NCBI GenBank assembly: GCA_003344405.1
Contig: NOWV01000167.1
Coordinates: 124,001-172,350, forward strand
Direction of reading: 5' to 3'
Origin: Trichoplax sp. H2
Taxonomy: Eukaryota
Length of the DNA: 48,350 nt
A program made the translations under genes and the position numbers. A model generated the notes under the pieces. The model made no database searches. It worked only from the letters and a program-made list of their open reading frames with translations, and was not told the DNA's origin. Position 1 is the stretch's first letter, and each line of letters opens with the position of its first letter. This document shows, one piece after another, positions 13,296 through 26,699 of the stretch.

Positions 13296-13824
13296 ATCGT
13301 TTTTCTTCTCCTATCAAGTTGATAATGTGGTCTAATTTGTACAATAGGAGCTAATACCTGCAACAAATTAACGAATTTTTTCCCAAATCGAATGGAACTG
13401 AATGGTATAATGTTATAAGAATAGACTAAATATTGGGGGTTAATATCGCTCTCGTGATACTCTCTACTTTAATAGCCTTATAGAACTGGCTATTGTAGAT
13501 GTAGCACTATATCATCCAAATTAAGAATTTGTATGGCCTTCAGTTTGTTACTTAACCCAATGGCCTATCATCATTGAATCCTCTATTTTAAATTGATGGT
13601 ATAACGATCTAGCATATGTTCATGCCATATGGTCATGAATAGATCGAATTAAAGCAACACTTTACAGCTTAAGCTGTTCTACAATCCTCATCATATCTGA
13701 GACTTATCATATCAAAATCATTCATTCTAAGTGTAGTTGAAATCTTTCAAAGGTATGTACGAATCGAGCATATTGGATTAGGTAACTAATGTAATTTTCA
13801 ACCTAGAATGCGTTATTAGCAGTA

Positions 13825-14932
13825 AGTAGATATCTTCTTTTCGGCTCAAAGATGGGCTATAGCACGGATATCAGTATACACTATTCCCGTAGAGCATAAC
13901 TAACACCATTATAAAAGGTATAAAATTCATTATGGTGCTACTTCCTGGGAGTGAATGACCATTATAATATGATGCATTACAGTTGATTTTCGTTTAAACT
14001 GCTATGAAGGTGTTGGCTCTATTGGACTTTATTTCATGTCGGTAGAGAATATGAACAATTCAACATCAACCCATGTCCAGTTTTCAAAATGAATTTTATA
14101 AGTTTAGCTCTAAGATTGACTAATTAATTATCTATCTATGAAAGAAACTTATAATTTGTCTCTTGTACCTGGAATGAGGAAGCAATCTACGACAATAAAG
14201 TTTTATTAGCAAAATCAACGATCTTGATATTATTATTTTGAGATATTTTATTGCATACTAGCCGAATCTGTACACCCAGATACAAAATAAATATATAGTA
14301 TGCTTACATTACAAAGTCAGATCCGAGGCTTATAACTTCTTATAAGCTGTCGATAAGCCTGTATCCGAAGAATTTAAAGGCGATATATCATACTTATTGC
14401 TCTGGATAGTCATTGTCAATATCATTCAGAGCTATGTATAAATTGAGCCAATTGGATTGGGTGATTGGGGTTATTATCTTTAATTTAAAATAGGCTATTA
14501 ACAATGAGTGGATATTTTCTTTTCGGCTCATAGATAGGCAGGCAGAGATATCACTATAATTATTACGGTAGAACATGATAAATACCATCATAAAAATATA
14601 AAATTCATCTTGACGCATCTTATTAGGAATAAACGGCGATTATAATGTGATAGATTGTAGTTGATTTCGTTTATACTCTGATGGAAATACTAGCTCTACT
14701 AGGGCTTTATTTTATATCGATAGAGAATATAGGGTGCATTATAATTCAATATCATCACATATCCTTTTTAAAGTGGATTTAAAAGTTGAATTGTAATATT
14801 AACTAATCATCTATTCATGAAAGATGCATACAATTTGTCTCTTGCATCTTGCATGAGGAAGCAGTCTGCGGCAATAAAGTTTTGCAAGAAGATCAGAGAT
14901 CTTAATATCGTTTTCGAGATATTTTATTGCAT
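13825..14932. repeat. Diverged direct duplication (13825-14256 vs 14508-14932, offset ~680 bp) upstream of the His2-like gene
   Basis: Shared TCTTTTCGGCTCA.AGAT, TATAAAATTCAT, AGTTGATTT.CGTTTA, TTTGTCTCTTG, ATGAGGAAGCA, CAATAAAGTTTT and GAGATATTTTATTGCAT. Confidence 0.8.
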
Positions 14933-17900
14933 GCAGAAAATAAAGATGATTTATCATATGTAATACTCTGCATAGTCATTGCAAATATTTCGCAAAGAGA
15001 AGCTGAAAAGTTAAGGATATTTTATTGTATGATTTATTTGGACTACAGAATGGCAATAAAAATGCCAAATTGATCAGAGCTATATTATATCGCTTAGACC
15101 ATGCGAAGAATAATTTATTTTAATATTATTCTTACATATTATCTCTTAATCTTTGGACTTGTGATACTTTCTTCATTATCTAAAAAACTAGGAAAATAAT
15201 ATATCTTGTAAAATAGTATCCGCCTTAATCGTAATTTATTCTAAATCATTAGTATAAATATGCTTATAATTCTTTTATAAGTTAATCGTTTTAACCTATA
15301 AGGCTGAAGCGATAATCTTAGTAAAATGGAATCTGATATATCACGCCAAAATAAATTGCCATTAGTTCTGAACTCTAAATAGAAATACGCTTAAGAGATT
15401 AATATAATTAATTAGGAAAATGAATTGCTAGTACTTAACTCTGCTAGTAAAATAATTTAGGATCATAAGAATGAATAAGAATGATGAATTGTGAAACAAA
15501 ATTTACTATATAGTCTCAATCTAGCAAAAGTAGTTCTAATTGTCATAAGAATTCTTTAAATTATATAGTTTGTGGGAGTTTATATAAAGCTGAACATTTA
15601 CAAATTATTGTCGTCGTACTCTCGACACAAGGCATTATAAGTGCTTTCAATGCTTCCATATACATAGTTTACTTTTCTAAGCTACAGAACTTCATAAAGC
15701 AGATTTAATTTATCAATCTTGGTTGATAAAAAATACCCAGCAAATAAAGAAATGAATAATATAATAAATTAGTACCATTCTACAGTATTTCTAATTTATC
15801 ATGATACGAAAGAAATTATTGCCTAACCTTAACTAAAGCTGTCAGCTAACCGATATGGTACAAAGTTTAAGTTGCCTATTCTATAAACCACTTGAATTTT
15901 TTACAACTAAATTTGCAAGCTTTCGAAAAATTAATCATATTATTGCAAGGCTGATTAATCATTAATTAATAAACAAATATAATCTGGAAGAAGTTACCGG
16001 TTTATATTATCGATTACAGCGTTGTGTAATTAAAATATGCGTATAGTTAATTATCTCTTATTGATGAACTATGAACCCCTTTCCCGTTCATTGTCATTGC
16101 AATCAGATAAATTTTTAACGAGCGCAAGAATGCAATTACACTGACGTAATAGGGAATGATCAAGTTTAAATTTTTTGTCCGCTACATTATCAATTTAAAG
16201 CCACTTAATATATGATTAAACTACTAGTAAATGAGCTATCGGGTGCAATTTTCGAAGGGTAATATAAAGTTGATAATTCACTCATATATTTCTTAAAAGA
16301 TATTTGCATACAGTTAAAGTTTCTATAGATTATCTAAGCTGATCATATTAATATTTAAATAAAGGTTTGGAAATACTAATTAATATTCTAAATCAAGAAC
16401 TGACGTAAGGAGCTTACGCGAATGCACCAATTTAATGTAATTTTCAAGTTATTGTATGATAGCCATCAATTTTTATTTACTACCAAAAAATTAAGCTCGT
16501 AAACAAAAGGTTTAATATTTAAAATTGTAATTTGCTTGCTGTGATGTTTCGGAAAGTTGAGAGTTCGGCATTAGTCGCAATAAAGTACAATAGAATAGTT
16601 AACGAAAGAGTAATCTTTATTGAGCTAGTGTAAGAGAATAATCGTGTAAGATTATCGTGCAAGTAACGACCTGACTAGTCGAATAATTACAGTAGTGTAG
16701 AATATGTAAAGCGAGCAAGCTTACCGTGTAACTACGAGAAATAACTAATGAGATAGGCGAATGAAGATAGCTTTCATAATGTTAAGAGCACGGCAGGAGG
16801 AAATTACTTATAGATACGGATGATTCATAATAATAAGTTACATCTATGTAAGGATAATGCTTCGGTATAATTTAGCTAGAGTCTAAGAGATTTCCACAGT
16901 GTAAATTGTTAAATATAAGTTAAGCATATTTAGAGTTGTGTTACAGTCTAGTGGAAATTAATGTTTCACTAAAAATGGTCTATACCGTATTTAGAAGTAA
17001 ACACTACACTTGCGTTTTTACAGATGGCAGTCAAACTATTCTTAGAAATGTGGAAGCACAACTAAAGCAAAACACTTTCGGTACACTAAAGTCTACTCGT
17101 GTTTTTAAATATGTATTTACACCTTCGGTTAGTGTAGATACATTCTTCCTAATCTATAATCCACATCTATTATGACTAAAAAATCAAATTGTAGGGGCGT
17201 AAAATGATTATATGAGTATATTGTAAATATTATGCCTAATCGAAAATAAGAAAATGATATATTGCAAATATCCTTCTTAAAAAAACTTCCCGTGATAAAT
17301 TTGAACGTAATTTAATCTCTCAATGCTTAAATGCAATGGAAAAGGTAATCTGTCAATCGTTAAGACCATACCCGGTCATTCCAGTTCCTAGTAGTTTATA
17401 AATAATGGCTAATCAATTTTTACGATATCAAATAGTTTTAATTGTTATGGCAGCGCGACTTCTAACATAGTTATAGAATGTGTATATGATAAATTAAAAT
17501 TATCACCTTCGAAAGCATTTTAAAATGTTTCAATTCTTATAGTAAAAATAATAAAATAGCCACTACTAATTCTTGTGAAACGAATTATAAGCTTGCGAAG
17601 AACAAAACGTATAAAAATTAACCTGAAATGGTAATTATTGGGTCTAATAGAAGCAATTATTTAAGATGGGAAATTAGCTATCCTATATGTAACATAGAAT
17701 AATCAACCTCAAGGAATTTGTGATAAATTAAGCTGCTGATATCAGCATGCGAAATAACAAAAAGTCTAATCGAGTTCTTAAAAGATAGAAAATGGGCTTT
17801 TGAAGATTTGACCTGTAAATTTAGCTTTTAGGAGTTTGCAGAAAATTGAGTTTGCTAAAAGTTATACGCAAAGTACCCTGAGTTCATTTTTTATAGAGTT

Positions 17901-18894
17901 ATTAAAGTAGGCAATCGATTATCTGTTCATATTTGAAAGAAATAGTGCAGTTTGCAAAATGACCGACTTCGCATACGATCACGTTCAATGACATAACTAA
18001 CTCGCTTAAAAGGGTAAAACAATAAACCTTGTAAAATAGTTAGCATGATTTATTGATTATTTACCTATGAAATTTAATAATAATTGTAATAATTTGGTAG
18101 CAAATTTGACATTGTATGAAATATTGAGTAATGATTACACCTTGAGAAATACTTGAATTGTTTAACTTAATTTTCTAACGTAAGTGCTCGAATTTCTATC
18201 TGCATTCGATAAGCGAATAAAGTTAAGATCTTTAGTTAACCTAAAAATTTGCGATTAAAATCGTACAGTTTTCCAGCGTCCTTCTTTGTTGCAACTACAT
18301 ATAATTAAACCTTCCTATACGGAAACCTACTAAGGTATACTGTATTCTTTATTCCAAACTTCGAAAATATTTTAGATTCAGTTATTATATCGTTCTTTTG
18401 CAAAAAATGCTCAAGTAAATTCTTTCCTACCAGATTTTAAAATACGTCTTAATAAGCAAGGTTACAATTTATGAAAGTAGATAAACGAAGTTATTTAAAG
18501 ACCATGACGTAGTGATTCCATAAATACGAATATTGATGATAGAAATTTAATCGATTTTGTACTTAAACGTAATGAAATCCACAATACGATATGACTAGAA
18601 ATAGATCTAGCTAATTAGCTATAATAAACAATCATATCAACGCATTCAAATAGCATACCGACTTATTTGTCTGTGGACAGTATAATAAAGGGCACCATCT
18701 TAATTCTTAATAACTTTTCTAAATTTGTTTGTCTGCTATTTTAAAAATACAAGAATTAAATCAACGATAGAAACTTCTTATAGTCATCTTTACACATATT
18801 AATTACTTTATTTATCCAGGCGTTGATATCCGTTCTTGATTACTTCACATTTCAATGTTATTTATTATTATTTTACCAGTACTTATACAAATTA

Positions 18895-19200
18895 ATTTAT
18901 TACAGCAAAATTGTATTTATCCTAGTATATTTCTTACAATCTTAAATATTTAACTGCGATCAATGCTGTGTTAGATCTTGAGAATAATTAATTCAACCTC
19001 ATTTCCGACAATTGTATTGGTACAATTTCGAGTTCCTGATTACTACTTTACCATTACCTATATAGATTCATTTATTACAGCAAAATTGTGTTTATCTGAG
19101 TAAACTTTTAAAATCTTAAGCACTAAATTATGATCAATGATGAGGCAGCTACTTATATTTATTTAGTGAAAAGAAACGAATATTTAATTCAGCCTCCGAA
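18895..19200. repeat. Short diverged direct duplication (~175 bp offset)
   Basis: TTTATTACAGCAAAATTGT.TTTATC...AATCTTAA...GATCAATG at ~18896 and ~19071. Confidence 0.65.
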
Positions 19201-22200
19201 TACTACAGTCACGTTGGCATAATTTTAATAATCAATCTCAGATTATTTCTTTGCTATCAATTAATTATATTTAATGCTAGATTACTACCAAAACTAATAA
19301 CTAAACTATAGCGCCATTTATTATCCATAAGAATGGTAGATTTTGCATAAGTATAATAAACAAATTGTCATCCAGAAAATTATTTTCAAAAATAAATGTA
19401 CGCGTACGTGGCCATTTCTATCACATAATTCATGAAATTGACATTATCACAGCAATTGTAAATTATCAGAATTACCTGCAAGAAGACAGCCAAATGAGTA
19501 AACATATATTACTAGAAGTTATCTATATCCATTTTTAGCTATATTTTTTAAAATAGTGCAGATTAGCTCACAGCAATATATATTAGGTATATTTTTAACG
19601 CATATGAATTAATATAATTGTTATATATCTGTAATGGTACATAGGATATAAAATGTGAATATGTAGATAAGATTAATTTGTATTTATCCTGATGAAATAA
19701 TCTTAAAGTACTGGCATTTAATACCAAGTAGTTATTCGAGCAATCTTGACAGTATTCTCTAAGGTTAAGTACGTGTGTAAACTCGTAATTTTCCACTTTT
19801 GCAATTCAATTAAAGTGAAAACACTATGCGAATAAAGCAGCGTCTATAAGAAGTAGTATCACTAAATTAACCATTATTGATAACGAATTTTGTATTATTG
19901 TTCTTATGGAATATTGGATCTAAACAACTACTAGGATATTTGTCAGTATTTTATGTAAAAAGCCATGAATATTTGTAATTAGGTATACATTTAATTGCTT
20001 CTGGCTCAAGCTATTAATAATCCAGTCAATAAATTAGATTTATCAATAATAAATATTGACTTCATGAAAGTATGTCAGATAGAAGCCGTTCATCAGACTT
20101 GATTAATTCATCTTGCTACCTTATAGTGAATAGGTTATCCTGTGTGTTCGTAAAATCAATATCAATCGTCATTCTAACGACAGTACTGATTTTCTTTATT
20201 CCTAACTTGTATTAATATTAATTGCAATGTATTTTATTTCTTACAATGCAATCAACCATTATTACTAGCATTTTATTTACATACACGTATGTCCAGTATC
20301 AAAAATATACTACAATTACAGTATAGTTTACACCCAGTATTTCGAGCAGGATATTATGATAGTTATAATTATTCGGTGAAGTTCGTTCTATTTTTCTTAC
20401 CAACTTATTCACTACTTGATATGTGCATAATTTTTGTATTAATCAAGCTGTTTAAAACTTAGTACAATTAAGTTATAAACTCAATTTTTTGCCCAAACTT
20501 ATTAATCCATTTGAATGGAGCATGTCATTGATCATCTCTTTAAATTGGTGAGGTAGAAATCAGTGTAATTTGTATTTGTTAATCTTGGCAGTTTATAAAA
20601 TTATTTATATGAGAATAATCATTATTAATATAGTTTTAATTACTGCTAAATGTTAAAAAGAAATGATTAATAAACACTTTTCATTTATGTGGCAAAGTAT
20701 AAAAAAACTTTGAAGATAAGTTTCCACTCCTAATAAAGAATACCAAAAGATTCAACAGCCTATAGATATAATATTATTAGTGAAAATTTTTATCACAATC
20801 TCTTATTTACACTTAATTTGTTGTAGTTCAAATTGATATATATAATTTTGATTACCAATACTTAATCCAAAATTTACTTGCAAAAATGCAAAATGACTTG
20901 GATCAACTTTTGTGCTTCCCAAATTTACGTGCTGGTAAGGTAAGAAAATTTATTCTTAATTAGTAGTATAGCTTTTCTTCCTTATAAATGATATTAAAAT
21001 AGTGTTGAAAATCAATTGGCATCACTAAGTCTATTCATACTAGATCCTGGACTGCTTAATTAATGTATTATGGAGAGACATTCTAATTAAAAAAGGAGAT
21101 CAGACAATTCTGTTACTATGACGACACTTGTCTAGTTCTGGCAGCGCAGCTGTTTCTAATCAAAGTCTCTTTCGAAGGAAAAATCGAAGACATGTATAGA
21201 ATTCCATGGCAATAACAACATTGTTTTTTTACTTATTCTTATCAACTATCCTCTACGTATATATACACTAATGGAGGTATGTTGTTGGCGTGATTATTCA
21301 CTGCCATGACTATTTGCAGCCAATTATAATAGAAGCATGGAAAAGAAGAAAGACGCGGTATTTACATATTGGATGCCTACTCTTCATGTGCTATTGAATA
21401 ATACTAATCATCTTATGTTAATAAGGTTATGATGTCGACAAGCAGATAATTTAAAGAGATAGTTAACCTATTTCTTTATTAAACCAACGTTGTAGTAGCA
21501 AGATTGAATTGATCCTTTCTCCTTCTTCCTCTAACATAAATATAATAGACCACAATCCTTATTGTTACTTTTTCTTTATTGATAAAAGGATCAATTTATA
21601 TATTGAAGTTAATAATTTCAATTGCTTCTTTTTTTTAATTTCTTTTTAATAATGTTATCTTAGGGATATTCTGATAACGGTCTCTTTTTACTTTGATCTA
21701 TGTGGACAATTCAATATAGCGGATCTTTATTCAACACTGTTATGATTAGACTTTGATCCGCATGTTCTGTTGCCATCGCTGAAGCTAAATTTGACTTATT
21801 TCTATACGTCATTTTAAATCATTTTTCCCTATGTAAAGGTTGTGAATTCAATCTGACTCATTTTTACTTTCAATGTAATATAGAGGATAAATAAATTAAT
21901 CACTGTCCTAATTATTCATATTGTATATGAAACAACAACTACATCAATACTGACTAGTTCAAGCTTTATTATCCTCATTCAATTCTGGTATACTGCTTTA
22001 CTATCATCAGAAATGAAATGAAAGTTTTCATCTTTCCGCTAGACTAATTTTCATGGCTTGTATTGTAGTCTTTAACAAGTATTAAATAAAGTCTTATACT
22101 TTGAACGGTTTCTCCCGATTTATTTTCCTTTCAGCAAGTATAACAAAATTTGTTTCAATTTGGATACCATTTAAAGTTGATCTTCTTGTCATTCTTCATT

Positions 22201-24009
22201 GCCTGATTTCGACGATCGAAAAGGACTTGAAGGAAAGGAATGATCGAAGCGCTCGCGTGAAAACCTCCAGATACCGTGATCTATCGGCTACCTCTTCCCT
22301 GTTTTTGTTCAAACTTGATCCACAACAAACAATTTCCTTTGTATGGAATGGATTGATATTATTAATCCGCACTGATTAATAAGACGTAGTGATCCGATCA
22401 TTCATTATTACTCGACTTTCCCTTTTAAGCAATTGATTATAAATTCCTTTCTCCATCCATTCAAGTTTCCATTACCAAGGCTAATATTGAATTGTCATCC
22501 CTTATTGATTTATCGTAAAGGTAAAATAGAATTAATTCATGTTAATGCGTTCTATCTTGAATATTCCTATCACTGGAAAGCTATTAAGAAAACTTTTCGG
22601 TAGTTCTCGTCGTTATGATGTTAATGCCTCAGTGCAATCTTGAAGAATATATTTAGATATTATTTTTTAATATGTTAAAATTATAGTGCTAATCCGTTTA
22701 ATGTTGAGCATTAGTATTTTAATAGCTGGCTGGATTATATCAGGGCTTCAAGCGGAAACAGTTTATATGTTTTATACAATGTTATCCAGAGTCATCTTCA
22801 TGTTGTAGTTTCAGTCATGATTGAAAATCTTCTACCTTATCATTTAACAAGAATCAAAAGTCTCGTACTGGTATATCTCAACTACTTGAATTTCTATTTA
22901 AGCTAAAATCCAAGTATGCCCTGATAGTAGTATTGGGATTCCTTTTTTTACATGGAGAAAAAGTTATGATAGTATTTGCTGTAATAATAGTGTTGCCTTA
23001 GCTTAATGGTGAAAAATAGATGTTAAGGTTTTATGATATTGGGATTATACTGTTAATCCATATTTGATTTTGAGTATTGGTACTATCGGTATCTGTGATT
23101 GAATAAGCGCTTTTGCTGGAGATAGTTTTATACGTTTAGTAACTCTACTTTAATGTTTTATTATGTGGGGATCTTAGAGTTTATCCATTTCATTTTTTTA
23201 CACTAGTTCTGTAAATATCGAGACCGTATGAGCGCTTTTACTGAAAATAATATATACGTTTTATAATCGTATTTTATGATTTTATAATGTTGAACACTAG
23301 TACTATGAGTATCAGCATTGCGTAAACGTTTGTATAAAAGGTAGTTTATATGTTTAGTAATCATATTTTAAGACTGTATGATATTGAATATTAGTACTAT
23401 AAATATTGGGTTGTATAAGAGCTACTACTGGAGATTAAATTAGGCAAGATGATGGAAATATCATGAGTAGGATAAAATCTGTCTGAGTAAACTGGTAAAG
23501 GATAATTAGATGAATAAGAGCTACGATAGACTGATGCTTTTCTCGCCTTCTTTAGTTCTATTCCAGCCATTTTCTGTCTACGTGCAGATTATATTATGGA
23601 TACTGCGTAATTATCCATTCTGGTCATCATCAGTTATGGTGTTCAAATCGTTCCTATCCAACAGCTTAGATATTGTTTGTAACAGTGGCTCCTTTTGACA
23701 CGAGTAAATAGCCTTTATTCACGCTAATAGCGATGAGAAATTGATCATGCGTTATTGCCAATGGTTTTTCATCTTCCTTGAAGATTGTCAGAGTGTCATG
23801 AGTGGATCGATATCTTTACCGTAGAAATTGGACAACATTTTTTGTTGCTATTGAAAGGATAAAATTGATCCATCTTCTATTGGAGTTTTCTCCAAGTTAT
23901 GTAGTAATGGAAATGGAATATTGTGCTTAATAGGTATCCACGGGTGATCAAATCTCTCTCAAATATCCAAGCTAGAACCTCGATTTCTTGTACAATTTTC
24001 TCCTTCTAT

Positions 24010-25420
24010 TTTGCTGAATCCTCGTCGTCATTGTAATAAAGAAAATATAGGATCGTCTATAGGTGATCAGGCATCGCTATTAAATTGTCATTTTCTCTTA
24101 AGGCTTTGCTAAAGTTAATAAGAGTACTGTATTAAGGTGATGATAACCATAGTATCCTCTCGTTGAATCCTGATCGTCCTTATATGAAGGGAAATGTAGG
24201 ATCAGCTATAGATCAATAGGCACCACTATTAAATTGCAATTTTTTCTTGCAGTTGCTCTTTCATCCTAATGACGGTCTTGCAATAGTGTCTTCTAGATAG
24301 GGCTTTGCCAAAGTTAACCAGAACGTTTTAGTAAAGTCATAATCGAAGCATCTTTTTTGAATCCTCGTCGTCATCATAATAAGGGAAATGTAGGATCGTC
24401 CATGGGTCATTAGGTATCACTATTCAATTAGTAATTTTCTCATAAAATGACAGGTCCATCCTGACGACTGTCTTTGTAATAGTATCTATTGAATAAGGCT
24501 TTGCTAGAGTTGACCAAAATGCTTTAGCAAAGTCATAACCATAACATCCTTTGAATCCTTATCGTCATGATAATAAGGAGAATGGAGAATCGTCCATGGG
24601 TCATTAAGTATCGCTCATAATTGCATTTTTTCATAAGACTTTGCTAAAGTTAGCCAGAGTGCTTTAATAAAGCCATAACCAGAGCACCCTTTTTGAATCC
24701 TCTTCGTCATTTATAATAAGGAGAATGAAGAATCGTCCATGCGTCATTAGATATCGCTATTAAATGATATTTTTCTGAAGGCTTTGCTAAAACTTATTCG
24801 AATGGTTTAGTCAAGTCATAGCTAGAGCATCTTTTCAATCTTAATCATCATTATAATGAATAAGCGGTTGAAAAATCGTTTATTGATCTTAGGAGTATAG
24901 TCATTCAATCGCTACTTTTTGTTGGAGTTACTTGTCCATTCCCTTGATAATCTTTACAATAACATTTGCTACAGAAGGCTTTGTCAAAGTTAACCAGAGT
25001 GCTTTAAGTGTTAGTAAGCCATAACCATAGCATCATTTAAATTCCCTTTTTTCATTTAAAGGGAAATGTAGGACTGCTTATGGATCGTTGGGCATCACCA
25101 TTAAATTACAATTTTTTTCTTAAAATGACACTTTTATCCCCATAACGGTCTTTATAGTAGAATTCCTTGGATATGTCTAGGCCAAAGTATAGAATGGGGC
25201 ATTAGTAAAGTAATCGTCTCATCTTGATCAATCCTTATAGTCATTAGGAGAGAAATCTGGGATCATTATTAGTCGTTAGGTATGGCTATTAAACTGCAAC
25301 CTATTACTTAAGATCTCCAGGCCATCCTGATAGCGGCCTTTGCAATAGTATCCACTATATATAGGAATAAGCCAGGGTGTTTACTTATCGCCAAGCTATT
25401 ATCTTCATCAAATCTCATAA
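24010..25420 (-). pseudogene. Decayed array of ~7-8 protein-coding repeat units (~150-220 bp)
   Basis: Units translate on the minus strand to variants of GYDFAKAFWSTLAKPYSIDTITKTVVRM...IVIPNDPWTILHFPYYDDDEDS, interrupted by stops and frameshifts. Some units lack the ~50-bp middle module. Confidence 0.6.
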
Positions 25421-25548
25421 TCACTATAAAAAGTGTGATGGAAGATTCATAGAATCAACGGCTGCGGACTTAGTAGCCATTCACAGAAAATATACAAGGG
25501 ATTTTAATAAAGGTGAACACTTTATTACAGATAGTAATGGAGATACAT

Positions 25549-25770
25549 TGTGATAGCTACGGTAGATCAGCGTGTAAGCTGTCGTGAAGTAACTTGAGGA
25601 AGTACTACTACTACAAATAGTGCTACTGAACAAATCTGAGGCAGAAATCATCAGTATTTATAGTTTAGAGAAAGAACACATGCAGAGAACAGTATTATAG
25701 AATTAGATACATCATATACTATAAACAGGCTATATAATAGTAAACGATTGTAGGAAATAGCAAAGACTAA
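25549..25770 (+). repeat. Dispersed repeat family D, copy 1 (others at ~46765-46970 + and ~32430-32650 -)
   Basis: TAGCTAC.GTAGATCAGCGTG.AAGCTGTCGTGA ... TTTATAGTTT ... TAGAATTAGATACA.CATATAC.ATAA..CAGGCTA is shared with 46765-46970. Confidence 0.7.
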
Positions 25771-26699
25771 AAACTACAGTGAAACTAAAATACTGTCCAA
25801 AAAGCAATATTAGGCCATTCATCAACTATTGGGAATTGCCATTATAGTTAACCGTTCTCATTCATGGATTAGACCATCTTGATGGCGACTCTTGCTACAG
25901 CACCAGATGAATCAGGCTTTATAGAAGTGTAGACGATTTTTATATAATATTAAAATAGTAAAGAACAGTCATGTTTTATGGATATGCTCACTGAATTCTA
26001 CGAAAATAGTTAAGAGTGACGTAGTTGATGATAACCATAGTATCAGGCTATAATGATAGTAATTATGACCGCCATTTCATTTCATTTAAATGACCGTGGC
26101 CAAGGTCGATAACCTCTATAAGTCTAATTATTTATTATTTGCTAATGTAGTCAATTGAAAAAACTCAGCAACGATTATCGCTAATAGCGGCAAGTATACT
26201 GTTTAGACGATCCTGATTTCTATAAATTAAATCAAGTAGTATTCTTTCTAAGACAGCTATTTCCTTTGAATGATAATTCTATTCTGCACTTTAAATATCA
26301 TGATGATCATTCATGATGGAATTAAAAGTAACATGCTGTTTACAAATGGTAGTCATGAAAGGGAAGACAGGGAAAATGGTGAAATTTTATTGATAAACAG
26401 ACAATTATCAAACTGTTTAAACTATATTTAACAAGCTAATATATTTCGAATTAGGACAAGGCAAAAATTTTAAGTTAAACGATAGCGTAGTTATTATGCC
26501 GTTACGATCATGGCGTAAATCATTGTAAAAAATTACGGCAAAATTCACAATATCATCAATTAAGAACACAAGTTGTATAACCAAATATCGTCATTTTGCC
26601 ACGAATTTTCTTTTATTAAGATGACCATTGTAGTCATGTCAACAAGCTTTTTGCAAATTGGAATATCATTTTCAAATAATATCTCGGTTTGCTTTTGTA

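Noticed and set aside
16540-16945. Purine-rich stretch starting TGTGA and ending TGTTACA as another solo LTR
   Set aside because: The flanks (CTTGC vs GTCTA) do not form a TSD and no second copy was seen in the window.
22101-22379. Plus-strand ORFs at 22101-22379 and 23510-23698
   Set aside because: They look like antisense shadows of decayed minus-strand frames and carry no recognisable motifs.
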